A stretch of 57,483 nt of DNA from a virus: the IMG/VR virus record IMGVR_UViG_3300028840_004876. One strand, given 5' to 3'. Positions 9,500 through 16,652 of this stretch are shown one piece after another. Below the pieces are notes generated by a model. It made no database searches. It was not told where the DNA came from and saw only the letters and a program-made list of their open reading frames with translations. How positions within the stretch are numbered: the stretch's first letter is position 1; each line of letters begins with the position of its first letter. Position numbers and translations under genes: made by a program.

Positions 9500-9852
9500 T
9501 GTCGCGCGTGTTCTTCATCACCGACGAGACCCGCTTCGACACCACACCGGCCGAGGAGTACGGCGAGCGCATGTTCGTCTACGATCGCACGAGCTACTGC
9601 CCGTGGAGTGACCCGGACAAGCTCGCGCGTGAGGCGCTGCGCTTCCTCAGCGAGAACCGGTTCGACCCGGAGTACGATCACATCGCGCTCACGGGTCCCG
9701 CGACGCCGCTCTCCGTGTTCACGGCCGTCGTCCTCGCGGCGTACGAGACCATCAACGTCCTCATCTTCAACGCGCGAGCCGAGAAGTATCGCCCGCGGAC
9801 GCTCAACGCCCGGCTCCCGTCGGGCGAGGTCCCCGGGGTGCCCCAGGGCTAG
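9499..9852 (+). CDS. Hypothetical protein (117 aa)
   Basis: TAATG stop/start overlap with the SNF2 gene, on the coding strand. Confidence 0.6.
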   Translation: MSRVFFITDETRFDTTPAEEYGERMFVYDRTSYCPWSDPDKLAREALRFLSENRFDPEYDHIALTGPATPLSVFTAVVLAAYETINVLIFNARAEKYRPRTLNARLPSGEVPGVPQG

Positions 9853-10005
9853 GGCACAGGTAATGCCTCCAGGGCCCCTAGGGCACCACTGGGGCCCTGG
9901 GGGCCACCTACGCGATGATTCATACCTGTCTAGCCCCACCCTGCGAGTATGGACGACCCAGGGCTGCCCCTGGACGACAGACGGGCCTTCATGAGAGGAG
10001 GGACG

Positions 10006-10569
10006 ATGGCCGAGCAGGATGTTGCCATGTTCGTGGACCGCGCGTTGCGCGCGGCCGATCGCGTGGAGGACGTCCACGTTGAGACGCTTCGCGCACTCAT
10101 CGAGCTCTCGGACACGGTGAAGAAGAACGAGGCGTCGCTCACGAGCGAGCAGCTCTGCGACGCGGGCTTCATGTGCCGCCAGATGGAACGGTGGGCGGAC
10201 GAGCTGCGCAAAGAGGCGAAGGCCAGACGCGAGCGCCTCGCGTACCTCATCGCGTATCGCGCGGCGCAGGCGGTCGCGACCAACCCTACGGCCGAGACCA
10301 CCGTGCGCGGGAAGTACGCGACCGGTACCCCGGACGTGAAGGTCGCTGCCGGACTGCCGAAGCGCGACACGCCCGAGTACGCGAAGCTCTGCGAGTGGCT
10401 CGGAGTCAGCGAGGAGGCGCAAAAGTCGGGCGCCATCCGCTTCCACTTCAACACGCTCATGGACATCGTGAGCGAGCGCATCGCGGCGGGGCAGGACGTC
10501 CCGCCGGGCATCACCAAGACGTACTCGATGTTCGTGACCAAGTTCATCGCGCGGCGTCGCGCGAAATGA
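10006..10569 (+). CDS. Hypothetical protein (187 aa), possibly an accessory factor for recombination or replication
   Basis: The start was moved to ATG 10006, which follows gagaggaggg (RBS). No motif recognised. Confidence 0.55.
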   Translation: MAEQDVAMFVDRALRAADRVEDVHVETLRALIELSDTVKKNEASLTSEQLCDAGFMCRQMERWADELRKEAKARRERLAYLIAYRAAQAVATNPTAETTVRGKYATGTPDVKVAAGLPKRDTPEYAKLCEWLGVSEEAQKSGAIRFHFNTLMDIVSERIAAGQDVPPGITKTYSMFVTKFIARRRAK

Positions 10570-10582
10570 GAGGAGGCCCACA

Positions 10583-11419
10583 GTGGCCAAGCGAGACGAC
10601 AAGCCGAAGGAAGTCGTAAAGGTCGAGGCGCCGCCGCAGTGGCTGGCCGAGGCCGCGGAGACGGACCAGTCCATCGAGGCGATGGCCGAGCACCGTGTGC
10701 TGCCCCGTCTCAAGGTCGTCCAGGGCATGAGCGACTCCGCGCTCAAGGACGCGGTGGGCGAGGGCGGCGTCGTCCTCACGCCGGGCAACGTTCTGGTCTG
10801 CTCCAGGGACGAGGGCTTCGAGTTCGTCCCGGTGTTCTTCTTCACCGAGTTCATCGAGATGTCCGACATCAACGACTCGGAGTCGCCCACGGTGCTCGAG
10901 CGCACCTTCGACGTCACGCACCCGCTCGCCGTCCGCGCGCGTGACGCGGACCAGTGGGAGCGCGACTACGGTCCCGAGGACTCGAAGGGCCGCGCGAAGT
11001 ACACGGCCCGTGCCTGCGAGGTCTTCAACTTCGTCGGCTTCCTCGACGGCGGCGACATCCCCGCCGAGCTCCACGGCGTGCCGCTGACGATCACGTTCGC
11101 GCGCGGCGAGTTCAACACCGGCCGGTCGTTCATCACGGCCATCACCATGCGGCGCGTCGGCGGGAAGATCGTCCCGCTGTGGGCGCAGCGCTGGGCGTTC
11201 ACCATCGGGTTCCGTGAGCGCGACTCGAAGAAGTGGTACGGTCTGGACGTTCGCAACCCGGCGCAGCCGTACATCAGCGAGGAGCAGGGCGCGATGTTCA
11301 AGGGCGCGCACGAGGAGTTCGCCGAGCTCTTCGAGAAGCAGCGCCTCAGCGTGGACCACGAGGACAAGCCCGCCGACGCCGAGATCGTCGAGGAGGGCGA
11401 GGACGAGTCGGAATTCTAG
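10583..11419 (+). CDS. Hypothetical protein, candidate ssDNA-binding protein with an acidic C-terminal tail ending in EF
   Basis: GTG start 7 nt after the gagaggagg RBS. The C-terminus is ADAEIVEEGEDESEF. The gene lies between helicase genes. The SSB call is an inference from the tail and the context only. Confidence 0.45.
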   Translation: MAKRDDKPKEVVKVEAPPQWLAEAAETDQSIEAMAEHRVLPRLKVVQGMSDSALKDAVGEGGVVLTPGNVLVCSRDEGFEFVPVFFFTEFIEMSDINDSESPTVLERTFDVTHPLAVRARDADQWERDYGPEDSKGRAKYTARACEVFNFVGFLDGGDIPAELHGVPLTITFARGEFNTGRSFITAITMRRVGGKIVPLWAQRWAFTIGFRERDSKKWYGLDVRNPAQPYISEEQGAMFKGAHEEFAELFEKQRLSVDHEDKPADAEIVEEGEDESEF

Positions 11420-11433
11420 GCGTCGCATCCTTC

Positions 11434-11460
11434 GCGGGGCGTGGAAGGTCCGCGCCCCGC
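11434..11460 (+). terminator. GC-rich hairpin after the SSB-like gene
   Basis: gcggggcg pairs with cgccccgc across an 11-nt loop. There is no clear U-tract. Confidence 0.4.
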
Positions 11461-11489
11461 GTTCACTTGGCCGCGCACAGAGGTAGCCG

Positions 11490-14354
11490 GTGAATCTACT
11501 CGCCATCAACGCGCTCTCGGAACTCGAACGCGCTGGCTGGAAGTACGAGCCAGCGGGCGAGAACGAGGTCCGCATCCGTTGCCCTGCTCACGACGACGAT
11601 ACTCCGAGTGCGGCGGTCAACACCGCCAAGAACAAGTGGAAGTGTCACGCCGCGGGCTGTAAGGGGAGCGGTGACATCGTCACGCTGCTTGCGCTCATCA
11701 TGAGCGTTGAGCGCGCGACGATGCTCGCGGATCTCTCAACGCGTTACGAGCTTCAAGAGGTCAAGTCTATTCAGCCGTCTCGCATCGAGACGCTTCACGC
11801 GAAGATCTGGGACGCCGGTCCGTTGCTCACGTCACTACGCGAGCGCGGAGTTACAGACCCGATGATCCGTGCTGCGCGCCTAGGCTTCGCCAAGGGGCGC
11901 ATCACGATCCCGGTGTACGATCTCCAGCGTCGGATCATCAACGTGCGTCGCTACTTGCCGGGCGCGCCAGGCCCGAACAAGATGCGGAACACGAAGGGCT
12001 ACGGGCGTCCCGCCATCTACCAGCCTGAGCAGCTTGCGAAGTTCGACAAGGTAGTGTGGTGCGGCGGTGAGATGAAGGCGCTCGCCGCTGGCTGGTACCT
12101 CAAGCGCAAGGGTATCGGCGCGTTCTCGGTCACGGCTTCCGAGGGGGTATGGGAATCGCGGTGGAACGGTCTGCTCAAAGGCAAGACCGTGTACATCTGT
12201 ATGGATGTGGACCACCACGGTGAGCTCGCCGCGACCAAGGCCGCGCGTCTTATCGCACGCGCCGCCGCGGCCGTCTACATCTGCCGCATCCCGTTGGACG
12301 TCGAGAAGTATCCCAAGGGCGACCTCAACGACTGGATCGGCCACGAGGGAGCGCGCACCTCTGAGTTAGTACAGATGCTCGAGGACGCGGAGCTCTTCGA
12401 CCCGGCAGACCAGGTGACTGTCACCGGCGCCAACGGTGACGCCACCGACGTTCGCATACAAGAGGTCACGGACCCGCGCAACGTTGCGCGCCGCATCGCG
12501 TTCACAGGCGTCGTGTCTGCCCTCGCCGAGACGCCGTTCCTCGTGCCGAGTAAGCTCACGGCGTTCTGCGATCGCGACCAGCCGTTGTGTCACGCCTGCC
12601 CGATCAACCAGCTCGAGCCGTCGCGCAGCGACAACTCTGTTGAGGTCGAGGTGCCACCGACGGCGCTCGGCATGCTCATGCTGGTGGACCAGCCAGCCGG
12701 TCGGCAGCGTGAGGGAGTGATGGCAGCGCTCGGGGTACCGCGATGTAAGGTCGCGCAGTTCGTGCCGCAAGAGCACTCACGCGTGCACGACGTTCGGCTG
12801 GCGCCGACGTTGCTCATAACGTCCGAGGGCACCAGCAACCACGCGCAACCAGCGCTCATCGTGAACCACACGCCTGAGCTCAACGTCCCGTACCGCTTCG
12901 AGGGCGTCACGTACCCGCACCCTGCGAACCAGCAAGCCGTGCTGCTCATCGACAAGCTCGAGCTTGCTGAGGACAGCCTGTCATCGTTCGCGCCATCGGT
13001 CAGCGATCTCGAGACGCTCAAGATACTTCAGCCTCGGAGTTGGACGCTCGACTCGCTGAGCGACAAGCTCGACCAGCTATGGACAGACCTCGAGCACAAC
13101 GTGACCCGGATCTTCGGACGACGCGAGCCGCACGTGCTCTTCGATCTCGCGTACCATTCGCCGCTGGTCATCCAGGCGAACGGCCGCAACGTCCCTGGCT
13201 GGGTTAACGTCCTCATCGTCGGAGACAGCGGCCACGGCAAGTCCGAGATGGGTACGCAGATCTCGCAGCACTACGGTCTCGGCGAGAGAGTCGAGGCGAA
13301 GAACGCCACCGTGGCTGGCATACTCGGAGGCCTCTCGCAAATCGGGAATCGCTGGTTCGTACAGTGGGGTGTGATACCCACGCACGACCGGCGCCTCGTC
13401 ATCCTCGAGGAGATCAAGGGCGCGGACCCGGAGGTGATCGCGAAGCTCACCGACATGCGGTCCTCTGGCGTTGCTGAGCTTCAGAAGATCGAACGGCGTC
13501 GCGCACACGCGCGAACACGGCTCATCATGATCTCGAACCCGCGTGGCGCGAAGCGTCTCGAGAACTTCAACTTCGGCGTTGACGCCATCAAGGAGCTCAT
13601 CGGTGGGCTCGAGGACATCCGGCGTTTCGACGCCGCGTGCCTCATGTCCGGGAAGCAAGTCGACGTGGCGCAGATGACAGCGCTGGCCAGCGAGCCATCG
13701 AAGATCCCGAACGTGCTCACGCGCGACGTGGCCCGACGCGCCATCCTGTGGGCGTGGACACGAACGCCCGGGCAAGTCGAGTTCGAAGACACGACGTGGG
13801 AAATGATACGGGAGAAGACCCTTGAGCTCTGCGCCAAGTACACCGAAGCCATCCCGCTCATCGACCGCGGAACGACCCGCTTCAAGCTGGCTCGTCTCAG
13901 CGCTGCTCTGGCGGCGCGAACATTCTCCGTTCGCGACGATCCGCAGGTCATCGTGGTTCGACCCTGCCACGTCCAGTACATTGCCCGATTCCTTGACGCC
14001 CAGTACGGTGATCCTCATTTCGGGTACGCGGACTACTCACGAGCGCAAGTCCAAGCGGACGAGCTCGTAGACCCGAAGCTCATACAACGCCAGCTCATGG
14101 GAACCAAGTACCCGAAGGACCTCGTGAGCTCGCTGCTCTACCGTGACGAGATCACAACGCACGACTTCGAGGACTGGTGCGAGGTCGACCAGGAGTCCGC
14201 GCGTCGACTTGTCAGCTTCCTCGTTCGCAAGCGCGCGATGTTCCGCAAGAAGCGGCAGTACCGGAAGACCGCGGAGTTCATCGCGCTGCTTAAGACGCTG
14301 GCCGAAAGCGACCTGCCGGACACTGGCGAGTCGCACGAAGAAGACGAGTTCTGA
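11490..14354 (+). CDS. Primase-helicase fusion: CHC2 zinc finger and Toprim (DnaG-type) followed by an MCM-like AAA+ ATPase
   Basis: CPAHDDDTPSAAVNTAKNKWKCHAAGC (CHC2). WCGGEMKAL...ICMDVDHHGE...GDLNDW (Toprim). VLIVGDSGHGKSEM (Walker A). RRLVILEEIKG (Walker B). TRLIMISNP (sensor 1). EDIRRFD (Arg finger). The acidic tail is GESHEEDEF. Confidence 0.8.
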   Translation: MNLLAINALSELERAGWKYEPAGENEVRIRCPAHDDDTPSAAVNTAKNKWKCHAAGCKGSGDIVTLLALIMSVERATMLADLSTRYELQEVKSIQPSRIETLHAKIWDAGPLLTSLRERGVTDPMIRAARLGFAKGRITIPVYDLQRRIINVRRYLPGAPGPNKMRNTKGYGRPAIYQPEQLAKFDKVVWCGGEMKALAAGWYLKRKGIGAFSVTASEGVWESRWNGLLKGKTVYICMDVDHHGELAATKAARLIARAAAAVYICRIPLDVEKYPKGDLNDWIGHEGARTSELVQMLEDAELFDPADQVTVTGANGDATDVRIQEVTDPRNVARRIAFTGVVSALAETPFLVPSKLTAFCDRDQPLCHACPINQLEPSRSDNSVEVEVPPTALGMLMLVDQPAGRQREGVMAALGVPRCKVAQFVPQEHSRVHDVRLAPTLLITSEGTSNHAQPALIVNHTPELNVPYRFEGVTYPHPANQQAVLLIDKLELAEDSLSSFAPSVSDLETLKILQPRSWTLDSLSDKLDQLWTDLEHNVTRIFGRREPHVLFDLAYHSPLVIQANGRNVPGWVNVLIVGDSGHGKSEMGTQISQHYGLGERVEAKNATVAGILGGLSQIGNRWFVQWGVIPTHDRRLVILEEIKGADPEVIAKLTDMRSSGVAELQKIERRRAHARTRLIMISNPRGAKRLENFNFGVDAIKELIGGLEDIRRFDAACLMSGKQVDVAQMTALASEPSKIPNVLTRDVARRAILWAWTRTPGQVEFEDTTWEMIREKTLELCAKYTEAIPLIDRGTTRFKLARLSAALAARTFSVRDDPQVIVVRPCHVQYIARFLDAQYGDPHFGYADYSRAQVQADELVDPKLIQRQLMGTKYPKDLVSSLLYRDEITTHDFEDWCEVDQESARRLVSFLVRKRAMFRKKRQYRKTAEFIALLKTLAESDLPDTGESHEEDEF

Positions 14355-14365
14355 GAGGAGACGAG

Positions 14366-15064
14366 ATGCCTGAGAGATTGGAGACGCGACGGCTGTTGCG
14401 CCACCGAGCGGCGGCGACGTCACGACCTTACATGGCGGCGCAGCTGCCCGGTGGAGAGGTGCTCGTGTTCGACACGCGGCCCTCCGGCGGTGGCCCGTTC
14501 TTCCCGGACATGGACGAGGACCGGGCGGCAGCGTACGCGCTGTCGATGTGCCGCGCGTGGAATGACGCGCTCGGTCGCGAGGACACCACACCACACACGG
14601 ATCTCGTACGACGCTTCCACGAGCGCCACCACTTCGGGATCGACCGTAACCTCTGCGAGGAAGGCGGCGATCACGACATGTTCCCCGCTGCGATGCTCAC
14701 GGCCATGGCGATGCAGGTGCTGGCGATGTCCGAGACGCTCGCGGCGTACGCCAGGAAGAGCGAACCGAACGGCGACTGGCGCATGAGTCGCGCGCACAAC
14801 ATGACCGAGGAACTCGCCGAGGTGCTCTTGGCCATGGCGGCCAAGGATCCTGTCGCGCTGCTCGACGGCCTGGGTGACTTGGCGTATGTCACGCATGGCA
14901 CCGCGGTCGTGTACGGGCTTCCGCTGGAGCGCGGGTTCCGGGAGATCCATCGGTCGAACATGACCAAGGACCCCGCGCCGGAAGGCGAGGTCACCCTGCA
15001 CCCGGTCAAGGGCGAGAACTACGAGCCGCCGGATCTCGCCGGTTGCTTCGAGGTGACGGAATGA
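14366..15064 (+). CDS. All-alpha NTP pyrophosphohydrolase (MazG / PRA-PH-like)
   Basis: MTEELAEVLLAMAAKDPVALLDGLGDLAYVTHGTAVVYGLPLERGFREIHRSNMTK matches the EExxE...D...D...sNmsK pattern of MazG-like phage enzymes. A gagaggag RBS lies upstream. Confidence 0.7.
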   Translation: MPERLETRRLLRHRAAATSRPYMAAQLPGGEVLVFDTRPSGGGPFFPDMDEDRAAAYALSMCRAWNDALGREDTTPHTDLVRRFHERHHFGIDRNLCEEGGDHDMFPAAMLTAMAMQVLAMSETLAAYARKSEPNGDWRMSRAHNMTEELAEVLLAMAAKDPVALLDGLGDLAYVTHGTAVVYGLPLERGFREIHRSNMTKDPAPEGEVTLHPVKGENYEPPDLAGCFEVTE

Positions 15065-16107
15065 GCCAGGTCAACCACGCCGCGGATCGCAAGGGCGCGG
15101 CGCTGTGCCTCGACGAGGCGTGGCACTACGCGGCGGCCGAGCTGTGGGACCACGCCGCTCACGCGACGTCGCGAGACGGTGACATCTTCGCGGAGCTTCC
15201 GGCCGCGCGTCTCATGCTCATGAACACCCGCGCCGTGTGGATGATGGGGCCGCGCAGCCCTTCACCGCTGTACGCTGCGGGCGAGCTCATGTGGTACCTC
15301 AGCGGGTCGGAGGATGGCGAGTTCATCTGCCACTATGCTCCGAGTTACGAGCGGTTCCTCAACGACGGCGTCGCGCTCGGCGCGTACGGGCCGCACATTC
15401 GTGGCCCGCTCAAGAGCGTGGGTGGCTTCGACCCGCTCATGCGGATCGCGTCGCTTCTCACAGCGAAGCCCGATACCCGGCAGGCCGTGTTGCCGATCTA
15501 CGGCTATCACGACCTCCAGGCTGCGGGCTCGCTGGCGAACGACATACCCTGCACACTCGGTCTTCAGTTCCTCGTGCGCGATTCGAGTCTCAACGTGATC
15601 TCGACCATGCGCTCGAACGACCTATGGCAGGGTCTGCCGTACGACATCTTCGCGTTCGCGACCATCAACGTTCTGCTGGCGCACCACCTCGACCTCTCGC
15701 CAGGATGGATCTGCCACCAGGCGGGATCGCTTCACCTGTACGAGCGCCACGCTGAGGCGACGCACCGCGCGATACTCAGCGGCCAAGACATGTACGCGCG
15801 ACCGCCGAAGCTGGGGTGGTGGACGCGTCGCGAGCCGGGCCGGCTGTTCCACGATCTCGCCGCCGCGGTCGCGCTCGAGCGTCGCTTTCGCGAGGATCGC
15901 GAGGTGCCGCTGGCCGAAGCGATCTCGTGCATCCAGCAGAGTCTCGGGGCGCGAACGCTGCTCGGCACCATCGTCGCGCTCTGCTACGCGAACCGCCGGG
16001 CCTTCAACATCGACGAAGCGAACGCGATGAACGTCGTCATCCCCGACTGGCTCATCGCCAAGGTCATCAACTGGCAGGGCCGTCAGCGAGCGTGGAGGAA
16101 GTCATGA
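15061..16107 (+). CDS. Thymidylate-synthase-family enzyme with the cytosine-type Asp. Predicted dCMP C5-hydroxymethylase or dCMP C5-methylase.
   Basis: ATGA overlap with the upstream stop. DIPCTLGLQFLVRDSSLNVISTMRSNDLWQGLPYDIFAFATI...GSLHLYERH aligns without gaps to E. coli ThyA [41 protein letters not shown]...GDTHLYSNH. Asp replaces Asn177. Confidence 0.75.
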   Translation: MSQVNHAADRKGAALCLDEAWHYAAAELWDHAAHATSRDGDIFAELPAARLMLMNTRAVWMMGPRSPSPLYAAGELMWYLSGSEDGEFICHYAPSYERFLNDGVALGAYGPHIRGPLKSVGGFDPLMRIASLLTAKPDTRQAVLPIYGYHDLQAAGSLANDIPCTLGLQFLVRDSSLNVISTMRSNDLWQGLPYDIFAFATINVLLAHHLDLSPGWICHQAGSLHLYERHAEATHRAILSGQDMYARPPKLGWWTRREPGRLFHDLAAAVALERRFREDREVPLAEAISCIQQSLGARTLLGTIVALCYANRRAFNIDEANAMNVVIPDWLIAKVINWQGRQRAWRKS

Positions 16108-16652
16108 TCACGCTCATCATCGAAGGCGCAGACAACCTCGGCAAGACCACGGCCGCGAAGAGGCTCGCGGCGCTGCACCTCGATCGGACCGGGGAGGCTA
16201 TCCCCGTCATCCATCACGGCCCGCCAACGGACCCCGTGATGGAATACTCGACCGAGCTCCTGCGCCCTGCCATACACGACCGTGGCCATCTTGGCTGGCT
16301 TGTGTGGCAAGGCATGCTGGCGCAAAGCGGGACGGAGTTCGACCGCCTCGCGATGGAGCAGCTGGTCCGGGTGCTGCGCGTCGTCCATCGTGTGATCGTC
16401 GTGTGCCTGTACGCCGATGACGACTGGTACTGCGAGCGCATCGCAGAGTACGACGATCGCGATGAGCTCATGCCGCCCAACATTCGACGGGTCGCGAACC
16501 GCGCGTTCGCGCAGCTCTGCTGGTCGCGCGACGGTAACTGTGAGAAGTACGTCGACATCCCTTACAACGTCAGCGTCAGCGGGTTCCCCAGCGATGCGAC
16601 CTTGAACCGCTGGCTGGACCGCTGCTCCCTGCGCCAGAGTGAGGCGCTCTGA
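16104..16652 (+). CDS. P-loop kinase, thymidylate-kinase-like (dNMP kinase; a DNA-level kinase is an alternative)
   Basis: ATGA overlap with the upstream stop. LIIEGADNLGKTTAAKRLA (P-loop, Tmk-like) and AIHDRGHLGWLVWQ (DRY..S..AYQ-like). Confidence 0.65.
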   Translation: MITLIIEGADNLGKTTAAKRLAALHLDRTGEAIPVIHHGPPTDPVMEYSTELLRPAIHDRGHLGWLVWQGMLAQSGTEFDRLAMEQLVRVLRVVHRVIVVCLYADDDWYCERIAEYDDRDELMPPNIRRVANRAFAQLCWSRDGNCEKYVDIPYNVSVSGFPSDATLNRWLDRCSLRQSEAL

